Part shown: positions 27,001 to 38,073 of the stretch, piece by piece
How positions within the stretch are numbered: position 1 is the stretch's first letter
Layout: the number at the start of each line of letters is the position of its first letter
Program-made: the position numbers and the translations under genes
From: Phoronis australis
Taxonomy: Eukaryota > Animalia > Phoronida
DNA: 64,000 nucleotides
Direction of reading: 5' to 3'
Assembly: GCA_002633005.1 (NCBI GenBank)
Contig: NMRA01000249.1
Span: forward strand, 267,456 to 331,455
Notes under the pieces: model-generated
What the model was told of the DNA's origin: nothing
What the model saw: the letters and a program-made list of their open reading frames with translations, nothing else
Databases searched by the model: none

Positions 27001-30000
27001 GTTCTCTTGGGTATTTTTTCAATTCTTGTTTGATGGAAATTTTGAGTTTGTTTCATGAACAACATAAAGGCCCTAACTGTAATTGTAACGTGTCAAATAA
27101 CGTCGCAATGATGATTTCCTGAGTTCAGTCATGTAGGGATATCAGTTGCACTCTATTCTGTTCAGGTGTGGAACGAGGCCGCCGTGCAGATATTCTTTTC
27201 GCTGTCGACGTGTTTTGGAGGATTGATTGCGCTTTCAAGTTATAACAGATTTCATACCAATACGTTGAGGTAAGTTTCAAATTACAACAAAATGTCGACG
27301 GAGTTTTAACCACCAGACAAATGCACCAGTTGCAAATTAAAACTAATTTATTCCTCTTCGCGATTACTCTTAAAACAAGGGCGCACTTCAAAACATTCGC
27401 AACGCAAATGAGTTCACCACAACGATTCTGAACGAATGAACATAATGTTTTACGTTGCGAGGTTCAACCCATCGTAGGAGATTGAGACTAGTGCGATGAA
27501 TATAAAACTGCTTAAGAGTGACCGTACGAAGTTGTTCGGCAGATGGAGAAAATACACTATATTACTAGTAATTTGAATCGAGGCTTCATGAAAAAGTGTG
27601 ACCGGTGAAATCGGGTAGGTGGCTGATATGGCTTAGTTGACATTAGGAAGAATTGTGACTAGACGACATAATGCTTTTTAGAATTATGCTTGTGCCCGGG
27701 GTCTAATACTATTTATGGAGACCGAACTCGAAATTATGTTTTGCGTTTTCTTTTCTACTTCTATACTAGCTCAAGATGCGTGTCTGCTATTCTACGCTCG
27801 AGTACATGATTGCGGACGCGGAAAAGTAGCGCATCATATTTGTATTTTGTACTGAAATAAGTTGTCGCTACCTCGAATACGGGGGTCACCAAATGCAAAC
27901 TCGAATTAGAAACTCATTTGCATAAACTATAATATGCTACAACACGCTTTAGTTGAGTTCTCACACAAGTAGACCGGAACACGCCAAAGAATAGTTTTGA
28001 GGTCGATTCCCAGTAACAAAGATATTAATCTTGACCCAAGTTGTTTTGTACTATTCATCGGTTTCAGGGATTCTCTTATCGTTACGTTCGGCAACTGCCT
28101 CACCAGTGTGTTCGCCGGCTTTGTCATCTTCGCCTACCTTGGTCACATGGCAGACAAATTAGGCTACACCATCGACGAAGTCGCCGATGGAGGTACGTGT
28201 ACACTGTACAATAATTAGATTTAGTGCCAAACTAGTCATATTAATTCCACGGATGTTACCAACAATGACATCAGTACTAACAATGCCGTCACTCTATCGT
28301 CTCTACCAACAATCACGACTATCATTGCATGGTTGACATATCGTAAGCTCCGGCCCCTTGCGAAATGTCGACAAACAAACAACAAATGTTACCCGGCATC
28401 GAGTTTTTTGTCGGGTAAATAGCGCTGTGGAAACGAAGGTGTGTCAAGAATGCTGTGTTGTGATTGGTTAGTTAAGCCGTCACTACTGGCGATAGGTCAA
28501 TTATGGTAATGCACGGCCTGATCGAATAGTTTGTATTTAGCCGAATATCCACAAAAGAATAAATCTTATCTCAGTAACAGTGTACGTTTTAAACGTAAGA
28601 AGCATGTAGAGTTTTGTCAATTTATACAATGCTGCTATTAATTTGGTCAATTGACCATGTCGTTTCAGTAAAATTTAGCCAAAAAGGCACACCCACAGAA
28701 AAACAACTGTTCGATGTATAACGTTCAAAATGAAATCTCAGAAAACGGCGTTACAAAATTCTAAAGGATCATTTCAGTTTTCGTTTGATGTAACTTTTAC
28801 ACAATTTGTTCCTTGGTCGAAAATAATCGACGATTCTCCTCTATTCCCTGTATATCAAGTTCAGGAAATGTTCCTGGGTCACGTCCATGTTGTCCTTAAA
28901 AACGTATTGATACCAACTGAACAAAAACCTGTAATAATTTGCTTGATTTTTCTTGATTCACGTTCTTCAAATTTGATTGCCCATCGTCCAAATGATAAGC
29001 CAATGGTTTGCATGTATACAGCGGCGGATCCAGGATTTTTATTTCGGGTGGCCAGGGCAGAGCATTTGCCAGGATTTTTCCCATCACAGATTCGCACCCC
29101 CAAACTGCAAAATGGAATCTGGGAGATTTTTAGTTTTAGGGAAGCATGGTTCCCTTGCCCCCACCCCCTAAATGCGCCACTGGTTTATGAAGCGAAGTAT
29201 TCAAATTGAAATGGTCGTACATGTACAAGCGTTGCTGATCTAAAATGAAGACGATTAGAAATGACTCAGTGTTAGGTCCAGTATGTTTACATGAGCATCT
29301 TCTGCCAAGAAAAGTGATTTGTCCCAAAACCACCCAACGTTTACGACGTGGTGAAAGGTAGAATGTCCATCAATTTCGTTGGATTCTTTAGACTTTATGC
29401 GATCCGCCTAAGATGAATGCTGGCGCACAGCTAAATACACAACAAAAACGTAACATGTAATATTGGAAGTGGCGTTTTGCACTGCTTGGTTTTGAAAACA
29501 TTGTTATGGAATTTAATTTGCTCAACTATTTAGAATAGTCGGTGTGATATTAAAAAATAACTAAAATTTGCCAATGACGGCACCAGATTCCACAATTCCT
29601 GTGTGAACCTTATAACATTAAAATTGATTTTCCCTCCTAATTTCGTTCACAAGTTCCTATGCGGAGCGGTCACAATCTGACTCAGCTAACCCAGTTGAGT
29701 ATGTGCTTCGAGCCTTTTTAAACACTGCGTTCATTGGCAAAATCGTATCATAACCCATAAGTTGTAGAATGACGTATTTGACAGATGATATTGCTTGAAC
29801 TTCAAAACAGAGTTGACGAGGTGGCCGAGTGGTTAAGGCGATGGACTGCTAATTCATTGGGGTCTCCCCGCGTGGGTTCGAATCCCATCCTCGTCGTTCT
29901 TCTTTTTTGAAATATTCTGTATACATGTGTGTTGTGTAATTCGCGACATAGACTGACACCTATGATTTTTGTAAGATACGTTATAGTCCTTTTGAATTTG

Positions 30001-33000
30001 AATCTGTGTGGATATCTTTACGCTTGAAAACTGCGCATGTCAAATAAGCCCAGGTGCAAGCAAAAACACGCTGCACTCGTTTAACAAGTGGCAGTGGTCC
30101 CCCTATTATTGGCACTGAAGGAAATCCTTCAACCATCTCTTTTAATAACGTTAGCGGCTGTCCGCCAAAATCACAAGAAACTTGGCTGTTGCGTTACAGA
30201 TTGCACCTAGCTTATCACCATCATGACGTACCTGTACATGCACGTGTTTGGACACCAAGAGTGCCATCTCTAACTACAGGAATGTGTGCATTTTATCGTT
30301 GGCCAAAAAGATGAACGTTGCGCTCGTAAATTGCGTGCGCAAATTAATTCTTGTTAGTGGTGTAAATCAATTATTGAGACGTAAGTTTTAACTTAAAGTC
30401 GCAAATAATTAAAATTATTTGCGACTTTAATTAATTTCTTTGCTGTGTCAATTAAGTTTCAACGGCGAATGTTAACTTTTTGCGGAGTAAATTAATGAAT
30501 TTGTCGCGTAAATTAACTTTTAAAGGCGTAAATTAGGTATTGAAGGCGTAAATTAATTATGTTCGGGCGTAGATTAACTTTTAAAGACGTAAATTGTATA
30601 TTAATTCTTGTTAGTGGCGTAGATAACTATTAACGGCGCAAATCAATTCTCTACGACATCAATTAATTGTTTAACAGCGTAAATAAAATATTTGCGGCAT
30701 AAACAAAAGTTTATATTCACACGTAATTTTAGGTACGTAACGTTCGCCCATAAGCCTGCGAAAGCATTTTGCTCGCAGCGTCATTTTCTCACAATCGTCA
30801 CTAAATGAATTGCAAGTCGTCCGAGACCAGCTCCTTAAAACAATATCCATTGCTGGAGATTTTAACTGCTATATGTATTCGTTAGCAGGCAAAATATTGC
30901 GTTCTACAATGATGTACTGTACCTGTTGAAATATTTAGCATCTGCTGATTGCGCCTTCTCTCTCGTCAGGCGTTGGCCTTGCGTTTGTGGTTTACCCTCA
31001 ATCGGTACTGACGCTGCCGTTTCCGCCAATCTGGTCCATCTTATTCTTCGTCATGCTGCTGACGCTAGGCCTAGGAAGCCAGGTGACTCATGAACATACA
31101 ATAACGCTATTGTTGATCAGTGTAGTTTTTCAGCAGAATACATGTGCCCTTCTATTTACCGTAGTTGCGTGACTAAGAGTTAGAAATAACGGTGTGTTTT
31201 GCGACCTGTTCTTGACAAAAGAAATTCTGTGTGTATTTTCCACTCTTCCAGGCTAATGTTGCGTCAATACTAATCTAATTGTGGTCACAAAATGCCACTA
31301 GTCAAATGTCGTTGCAAACTTGGTTTGTTCCGGAACAATTCGGAAGAACCTGCGCTAAGTAATACCATTTTTTGCACTTAGATTTTAGCCTAAAATGCAT
31401 GCTTTTCCCAATTTGCTCAATACCACCGCGTAAATACGTCGCACACAGTGTGAACTACATGTACATGTAACTGTAACCAAAATGGGAGCAACGTTCACCT
31501 ACTGTATTCCCAGTATTGTGCAGACGCCCTATAAACGGTGCAGTCTATATGATATTTTTCAGATAGGATGGTTTAGTTGACAACGAATGGGTTTGGCCGA
31601 CGATTTTAGTTGTGCTGCTATTAATGTTGGTCATTGATCATAAGATTTTATTTGGTGGCGTACAAGAAAAAAGGAGCAGTATAACAACGCATAATGATTT
31701 CCAATTATATTTTTTGTATGACGCAGTTTGCTTTGACCGAGACTGTGGTTACGTCGTTGAATGATCGATTCCCAAAGCTGCGTGCAAAGCAGAGTTTAGT
31801 CATCGTCATCGTCAGTATAACCTTTTTTCTGGTTGGTTTGACGATGTGCACTGACGTAAGTATCTTGGATTTGGTTGTCTGTCATTGACGTTTTTACGGT
31901 TATCAAGAAACGTCCTATAATCATGGGACTTGAGGATAGCAATTACATGCATCTAAACATAACTTTGATAAATGAACATTTAATTTAAATTGGAAAAACT
32001 AGAAAATTTTGGAACCATGGAAATACCCACTTATTACGATTGAAGATGATGCCTTCGGCGGATTCTAGCGTTTGTTTGAGTACACGGTGTAGTGACTGGC
32101 TCGAAATTCAACGTGATAACAAAGGAAATATAAGCACGAGATGCGAACACACTTTGCATCAAGTCATGAGTCTTCGATGGCACGCTTCGGCCATCACCTA
32201 GTCAAGTGGTTTGAAACAACCGGAACGAGAATATTAGAGGACTGAGGAAGCTAGAATCGACTTAAACCAAAGTTGTTTTCATCCGTGCTTTGTATTGTAT
32301 TAATAGAATAATAGTAAAGGTGTTCTTGTGCAAAATTGATGTCATTACCCGAAATTTGTAATTATTCCCAATATAATTTCTTTTTGCAGGGAGGTGTCTA
32401 CGTTCTAACGTTGTTCGACAACTACACCGGAAGTTGGGGCGTATTATTCATAGGAATTTTTGAAACCCTGGCGATAGCTTGGGTTTACGGTTAGTATAAT
32501 GGTTATATTGCGTGCGCCGTGTTATCAACGTTTTGCCAAATAGATTTTTAAATTGTATATACTCGGGTAACTATCTGTAACCACACACCACATTCCGTGT
32601 TGGCTAAACTGAAGATTCTCTGGGTGTACGGCGTTTGCACGTCCTTGACATTATACAAGTACATATTGCACCACGATTGGACATTTAATTGTGTATTCAA
32701 TCTTCAAAATTCCATGTATGCCGTAAAATCATTATCCTGATAGCGTTATTTTGGTCGTGTCTCTAGGGGGCACCCTTTCTAACACCTCGTATGCATGATC
32801 AGTTTCATAACTTTGGAAGACTGGGACTGGTTTACTTCAAGAAGATAGTCCAATTCTAGAAAGGATGTCCTGAAATGTGTGTTAAATATACGCAAAGAAA
32901 TGCAGACCAAACGGCATGACACCCTCCCTGGTCGACATTGGGCAATTTGACCGGTTCACCTGCCTGGAAATTTGCCACAATCTTCTAAGACACGATGCAG

Positions 33001-34480
33001 TTGTAGGGAATTACATCGCACTTTGACGCCACGGGCTGCTGATAATCCCGTTCTCTAGAACCATCATAAACACACTGTGGGAGACAAGGGTACTTTTTAA
33101 AAATTCCTTTTGGAAGTTTTAAGTAGCATTTCGAATAACTCCTACAATAAACGTGGTTTTTGAATGTTGAAAATAGGGCAGGACATGCGAGTTTTACAAC
33201 TTAAACTTCTGAGCATTATTGCCAGTATTCTGATTCTCATTTATAATGCAGTCTGTGCAACATACACTGTAGTTGGATTACTCATTGCTAGTTGCAGTTG
33301 GGAATTGAGGAAAGCCAAGTTTCATCGTGCAATTCTTGACATGCTTGCATAGGTGTCACCTAGATCATGGCGGGTGTACAGGAGACATACCCCTACATAC
33401 CAAGCGTTGATTTCATTGTCAGGGAGACCAGTTGCCGATTCTACGCTCTAAAACTGATTACATCCGTACAGCCGTATCTCATTTTTACCCGTCAGTATTT
33501 AGCACCTCCCAAGTTTACTATAACAGGTTTAGTGTCACTGCTTGTTCACATCCACATGTTTTCCTGCTCTTAAGTGTCCAGAGCTCCCAGCGAGGCAACC
33601 TATTATAATAAGGAAGGCCCCGCTCTGCCACCGCCTTCCGGTGAGGCCTGCTTTAATGATACAGAGGGTCCCACTATCTGACCGCCTTTCGGCAGAGGGT
33701 CTACATTCATATGGAGGGCCCCACTTTGAAGCCCAAAAATTCAATTTCTTGGTTATGTCATTTTAATACGAATAAGTCATTTTAAATAGTAAGCTGTTTA
33801 TGACCACTGTGAGCAAAGTAGTTTTATCAGTTTTATTTATAATCCACTTCTCAGGGTGAAAATTTTGGTATACACTACTTAATTAATACTTATTAAGAAG
33901 GTTTGTTCTAATTTTTGTCCTTGTATGCATTTATGCGTTGCTGCTGCTGCTGCTACTAGGGCCTACTACTACTACTACTACCACTACTACTACTACTACT
34001 ACTACTGCTACTACTACTGCTACTGCTACTGCTGCAGCTGCTGCTTCTACTACTACTGCTACTGCTACTGCTACTGCTACTGCTACTGCTACTGCTACTG
34101 CTACTGCTACTGCTTCTGCTACTGTTATTGCTACTACAGACAGTAAGATCACCGCGAAAAAACACAGGTGGAAACAGAAAAAGGCCATTCTCGCCTACAC
34201 ACCAGAGAAAGAGGCCCTGAGAGTAAAACAGGCTTAGGGAAAGAAGGAGAAACCTGCGAGAAAGCTTGCTGTGGNNNNNNNNNNNNNNNNNNNNNNNNNN
34301 NNNNNNNNNNNNNNNNNNNNNNNNNNNNNNNNNNNNNNNNNNNNNNNNNNNNNNNNNNNNNNNNNNNNNNNNNNNNNNNNNNNNNNNNNNNNNNNNNNNN
34401 NNNNNNNNNNNNNNNNNNNNNNNNNNNNNNNNNNNNNNNNNNNNNNNNNNNNNNNNNNNNNNNNNNNGCTGCTGCTTCTT

Positions 34481-34514
<34 letters not shown>

Positions 34515-34612
34515 TGCTGCAGCTGCTGCTTCTACTACTACTACTACTACCACTACTGCTACTACTAAAACTACTACTGCCACTGCTACTGCTACTGTTA
34601 CTACTACTACTG

Positions 34613-34654
<42 letters not shown>

Positions 34655-37600
34655 CTGCTACCACTACCACTACCACCACTACCACTACCTCTACCAAGTC
34701 TACTACCACTACTACCGATTATAATACCTCAAATTATAATGATAATAATAGTAACAATAATAGTAATAGTAATAGTCATAGTAATTATGGTAGCAAATGC
34801 TACAACAACTAGTACTGTTACTGTCTTCACAAACACCATTACAACAATGGAATGCTTATTATCATTTGTAATATCAATATCTTTGGTGATCATAATTATC
34901 ACATCTAAACCCTTTGCATGAACAGTTAGTGACCATGTAAAATATAATTACATTTTGCTATCTAGTAAATTAACAGTTTTCATTTTTTTTTCTCAGGATT
35001 CCGACGATTTTTCAAAGACATTGAGATCATGTCAGGCTCAAGACCTTCTGTTTGGTGGGCCATATGTTGGGGTGCCCTGTCTCCTGCAATACTGACGGTG
35101 AGTTGATCATGGTGTCTTTCAATCAATGGCTGGATCCGCAGGATCAAGTGCTTTAGGCATTTGAGTGATCTTTAACCGAAGTAGTTGTTATTGGGAGATT
35201 GGATGTCTGGATGAAGTGCCGGAACTAAACACGTCAGTCATGTGTAGTCGATGTATGCCTTTAGAAGTCATTCACCTGACTGCTTACAAAAATTTCGATG
35301 CATTGGTAATGTGCAGAATATGGGATTGTTAAACAGTTGCCTAAAGGTATCATTACTCACGAAATCATTGAAATGAATAAAAAGACCGGAATGAAAGATA
35401 TTCCATTGGGCGGCGGAGCACTATAAAAAAATCAGTGGGGGGGGGCTATAGCACCTCCAGTTCCTATGGTGCACCGCCCATGTATTGATGCATACATTCA
35501 AAACCAGATTTGCGTGTGCACTTTTCCTCGGCAGTCTAATAACGTAAATTGGTATTGTAGGAGACAACTGTTGTTGTGTTTTTACCCAGTCGTAATGTGT
35601 TCGGGATAGCCTGCGGGTGACTGCTAGGTCACGTGCAAAATAACTCTTGACAACATTTTAGGTGACACTGTATCAAGCAAAAGTCTTTGGCCATTGTCGG
35701 CCATTACCATTTCTGAGACCCATTGTAAGATGTTCCAAGAGTTGGCTCTGTTACTAAGGGCTTACAAATTCGTAATACATGTATACATGGGTCATAACTT
35801 TTAATGATCTAACGACACAGAAAACGACTTTCGTTTGTGATGGGTACTATGAGAAGAATCGGTGCGTCATCTAATTTCCACTTATTTTTCCGTGTTTACC
35901 GTTTGTGTAAAATTGATGGGAATAGAAATCTGGTTGTTAGTCTTTTTATTAAAAGAGAAACATTGTTCAGCTATAGCATTGCCCTCATTGTATCGCAAAA
36001 TATTTTCGGTAGTTCGAGACACGTAGCCATTCTCAGTTCGACCAAAGAATTAATCATGTTTGCCAAGTCAATCGATTTTGTAATGAGTTTAACCAAATTC
36101 GAATATACGTACCTAAAATTGACGACATTGTAAAGACCATTATCTTCTATCAAATGTAAAACTTGTTGCGTAGACATTAATATACATTAAAGAGTTCCCA
36201 CCATGACCGTGCTTCTCGACAAGAATGTTATTAATACATCTTAAGAGATTTAATAGCGTGATGAATTACAGACTGACCTAATACCATGTGAGAGATCGCC
36301 TTCGAGTGAGGCTTTATAATGATTTTATGGAGTTGTTGATTTCACGTGTCTTCACGGTCGGTGAAGTGCAGTTGCAGGTGAAGTTTACGGGCGTTTTGGG
36401 ACTCACATAACCTGAATTTTGAACGACTGGAGCGGAAAAACAAATTTCGCATGCTGTCGGCTTACACGCGCGCTTCATCTTGCATTGCGCCAAATTGTCT
36501 TACACATCCTGAGTATGACAGATGATATATAATTTGAAATGATTCCATAGACACCTGACTCATTCTGCGCACAGAGTGTGCCGGATAACAAACACTAGGG
36601 CTTTACATTATGGGAAATAATTGGCTTGTTAGTGTCAACTTTTGCAAAAGCAGCACTTCTTAAATAAGAAATCAACCAATTGATTTGAAACCCTTGCATG
36701 TTTTGGTGCATGCGTAGCTAGTATTGTAAAAGAACATTATTCTTTGCGAATTATCGATGCCGGTGTTTGAACTGTCCTTTCAATGGACGCGTGGTACTGT
36801 ATTGTTTAAGGTAGAGGGCATGCGTGTTTTATTTTTGTTATAGTTTGTGCTGATCTTCGGATGGGTCGACTTCTCACCTCTTAAGTACAGTGGTGAGTTG
36901 ATGCCGTCCTGGACCAACGTGGTTGGCATTTTCCTAGTGGCACTGGTAGCAGCTGGTACGCCCATTACGGCAGTGTACAAAGTTCTCAGGTCTCCACAAG
37001 GTGACACATTTATTGAGGTAATAATGCTTCCGGATGATCATCGTGACAGTGAATACAATGTGGAATAATTCTCGATGTCAGAGAAGGAATTGCATGAAAA
37101 ATTATTGTAACCGGACCCGTCTGATTAATCTACAATCCCATGGTTTTTGTAGAGTTACGTGTAGCGTAATAGTATATGTACTTTTAATGGAAATAGATGC
37201 TGGAATAACTACAAAAAAATCCGGAACACTTAAAAGAATAGTCAGTTCTTACATTTTGGCCCCTCATCCGTTTTACGTTTTCTTCGTGGTTACAGTGGAG
37301 CCCTTGCTGTGTATAGCGAAATTCACTTTATGCACTATTTAGGCATAGTGCATCTATAAATGTTTCAAATTGATAAACACATTAGAAACATTGTTTCGTT
37401 ATTCATAGTACATGCTCTAATAATAAACAATGTGCCACCAACCTTTTTCAGAAACTGCGCTACGTGTCAAAGCCCAAGTGGAACTGGGGACCTGCTTTAG
37501 AGAAACATCGCCTCTTGGTGACCTACGTCCCTGGGTTCATCACTAACATCAGTGACCCAGACCTTGTCAACAAGAACTCGGATAACGCTTACGATCTGCA

Positions 37601-37916
37601 GAAGTCGCATAAGGAAGTAAGCAGCCTGAGTGACTATTTCATTTTTAATCTGGCACACTGAAGTACTTTTTATTCTGACCAACTGCCTCGTTATCAGGTG
37701 GCCACGCTTGTATCGCTTTCAGGGATATCTTATCTAAGCGTTTTTCTGTTACGTGTACTAAGTACTGCTGAGTTCCTGTCTGATCGCATCATTCCACTGT
37801 TCCATGCTTTAATATGAGTTCGTTTTGAAGCCACCATTTTATTTCAGAGTGTGGCAAGTGACGCAGTGCCAAAGACCACTGTGTGTACAAACCAGGCCTT
37901 CGAAGCAAAGGAATGA
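2713..37916 (+). CDS. SLC6-family sodium- and chloride-dependent amino-acid/neurotransmitter transporter (glycine/proline transporter-like), 16 coding exons, about 767 aa (whole-gene span)
   Basis: Hand-spliced exons all have GT-AG ends and matching phases (sum 2304 nt incl. stop). SLC6 signatures: [94 protein letters not shown]. Confidence 0.95.
4230..5248. mobile_element. Kolobok-like non-autonomous DNA transposon relic with THAP remnant
   Basis: TTAA at 4226-4229 and 5249-5252; imperfect TIRs AGTGTACCCAACATGACTCTAG / AGTGAAAACAAGATGAATATAG (16/22); RR termini; internal THAP zinc-finger remnant. Confidence 0.7.
4467..4703 (+). pseudogene. Frameshifted THAP zinc-finger domain (transposase N-terminus remnant)
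   Basis: [11 protein letters not shown]...FP then, after a frameshift, WHRFVRRTR...[11 protein letters not shown]: C2CH pattern with conserved P, W and F. Confidence 0.8.
14860..15046 (+). CDS. SLC6 exon 2 (NEAFEGD...[37 protein letters not shown]; TM1)
   Basis: CTAACCCAG acceptor, G|GTAATT donor, canonical SLC6 TM1 signature. Confidence 0.96.
16098..16229 (+). CDS. SLC6 exon 3 ([44 protein letters not shown]; TM2)
   Basis: TTTCAG acceptor, G|GTAAAT donor, phase 1-1. Confidence 0.96.
16780..20345 (+). mobile_element. Decayed Academ-like (transposase + XPG/PIN nuclease) DNA transposon in SLC6 intron 3
   Basis: Disrupted ORF pieces: [39 protein letters not shown]...[31 protein letters not shown]; left subterminal GGCCATCTTGGATTTTCAAAAATGGCG repeats. 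Many stops/frameshifts; boundaries approximate. Confidence 0.7.
20993..21136 (+). CDS. SLC6 exon 4 ([48 protein letters not shown]; TM3)
   Basis: CCGTAG acceptor, C|GTAAGT donor, YYN..I.W and LPW..C motifs. Confidence 0.95.
21777..22158. mobile_element. MITE, PIF/Harbinger-like, about 50-bp TIRs, 3-bp TSD ATT
   Basis: Left GGCCTGGATTCTAATCTGTTTACTCGAAATGGAACTCGAAAATA vs reverse complement of right end GGCGCGGAATCTAATCTTTGTACTAGAAACGAACTCGAAATTA; ATT on both flanks. Confidence 0.8.
22274..22448 (+). CDS. SLC6 exon 5 (extracellular loop 2: [58 protein letters not shown])
   Basis: AAG acceptor, AA|GTATGG donor; phase 1-2 bridges exons 4 and 6; ends in the SLC6 TPS..FF motif; four N-glycosylation sequons. 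Confidence 0.88.
22567..25130. mobile_element. Probable degenerate DNA transposon marked by GTGACGGACGT repeats (SLC6 intron 5)
   Basis: GTGACGGACGT(G/A)C motif at about 22589, 22618, 22773, 22786, 24530, 24544, 24719; very AT-rich interior; ends not resolved. Confidence 0.45.
25311..25449 (+). CDS. SLC6 exon 6 ([46 protein letters not shown]; TM4)
   Basis: TTGCAG acceptor, AAG|GTATTT donor. Confidence 0.96.
26304..26438 (+). CDS. SLC6 exon 7 ([45 protein letters not shown]; TM5)
   Basis: TTGCAG acceptor, AAG|GTGAGT donor. Confidence 0.96.
27166..27269 (+). CDS. SLC6 exon 8 ([35 protein letters not shown]; TM6)
   Basis: TTCAG acceptor, AG|GTAAGT donor. Confidence 0.96.
27692..27932 (+). 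mobile_element. Truncated copy of the 21777-22158 MITE family
   Basis: Shares GAACTCGAAATTATGTTT, ATTCTA.GCTCGAGTACAT, GGGTCA...TGCAAACT.GAA.TAGAAACTCAT; a related fragment lies around 14370-14600. Confidence 0.7.
28068..28192 (+). CDS. SLC6 exon 9 ([41 protein letters not shown]; TM7)
   Basis: TTTCAG acceptor, G|GTACGT donor. Confidence 0.96.
29019..29182. mobile_element. GC-rich CAGCGGCGGATCC...GCGCCACTG MITE (same group as 48150-48384)
   Basis: Inverted ends; flanks GTATA / GTTTA (4/5 TSD). A related end (GGATACGCCCCTG) is at about 7674-7686. Confidence 0.7.
29815..29896 (+). tRNA. trnS-GCU: tRNA-Ser(GCT), intronic to the SLC6 gene (intron 9)
   Basis: 82 nt GACGAGGTGGCCGAGTGGTTAAGGCGATGGACTGCTAATTCATTGGGGTCTCCCCGCGTGGGTTCGAATCCCATCCTCGTCG: 7-bp acceptor stem, A/B boxes, long variable arm, GCT anticodon, discriminator G, followed by a T-run. 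Confidence 0.95.
29897..29908 (+). terminator. RNA polymerase III oligo-T terminator of tRNA-Ser
   Basis: TTCTTCTTTTTT immediately after the tRNA 3' end. Confidence 0.75.
30313..30746. mobile_element. MITE with internal tandem GCGTAAATTAA subrepeats
   Basis: Ends GAACGTTGCGCTCGTAAATTGCGTG / CACGTAATTTTAGGTACGTAACGTTC are inverted; more than 12 degenerate GCGTAAATTAA units at about 21-22 bp spacing inside. Confidence 0.7.
30970..31082 (+). CDS. SLC6 exon 10 ([38 protein letters not shown]; EL4-TM8)
   Basis: GTCAG acceptor after pyrimidine tract, CAG|GTGACT donor. Confidence 0.96.
31727..31855 (+). CDS. SLC6 exon 11 ([43 protein letters not shown]; TM9)
   Basis: CGCAG acceptor, GAC|GTAAGT donor. 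Confidence 0.95.
32390..32489 (+). CDS. SLC6 exon 12 ([33 protein letters not shown]; TM10)
   Basis: TTTGCAG acceptor, G|GTTAGT donor; GG.Y...L.D.Y motif. Confidence 0.95.
33940..34800. repeat. Compound trinucleotide microsatellite (TAC/TGC/CAC/TAA)n spanning an assembly gap
   Basis: (CTA)n/(CTG)n arrays on both sides of the N run 34275-34467; intron 12 of the SLC6 gene. Confidence 0.95.
34275..34467. other. Assembly gap (193 N)
   Basis: Run of n. Confidence 1.
34997..35097 (+). CDS. SLC6 exon 13 ([34 protein letters not shown]; TM11)
   Basis: Poly-T CTCAG acceptor, ACG|GTGAGT donor. Confidence 0.95.
35404..35482. mobile_element. Short CATGGGCGG...CCGCCCATG-type MITE
   Basis: Inverted ends, central G-run; related copies at about 48492-48610 and 57137-57279. 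Confidence 0.6.
36844..37017 (+). CDS. SLC6 exon 14 ([58 protein letters not shown]; TM12)
   Basis: TTATAG acceptor, GAG|GTAATA donor. Confidence 0.94.
37452..37616 (+). CDS. SLC6 exon 15 ([20 protein letters not shown]...DLQKSHKE; C-tail)
   Basis: TTTTCAG acceptor; WGP.L..HR motif typical of GlyT/PROT subfamily C-tails; GAA|GTAAGC donor. Confidence 0.9.
37848..37916 (+). CDS. SLC6 exon 16, terminal ([22 protein letters not shown])
   Basis: ATTTCAG acceptor, phase 0, TGA at 37914-37916. Alternative: read-through of exon 15 to TGA at 37661. Confidence 0.7.
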   Translation, partial: SVASDAVPKTTVCTNQAFEAKE

Positions 37917-38073
37917 ACCTTGAGACCTATTGAAGTTGACATTTTAGATTTTATGATCGTGTGTATAGGGCGCCGTAATGTTTCACTAGTGTGAATTTGA
38001 ATTTTATAAAATTGCAAGTGATATGAACTTATTTGTAAATGTTAGACATGCGCACACTCAGCATAAAAGATGG

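Noticed and set aside
28730-29209. 159-aa ORF
   Set aside because: Intronic, overlaps a MITE, no recognisable domain.
33925-34921. Long poly-T/Y/L/V/S ORFs (mucin-like)
   Set aside because: Translations of a trinucleotide microsatellite and N gap inside intron 12; open in most frames, no splice support.
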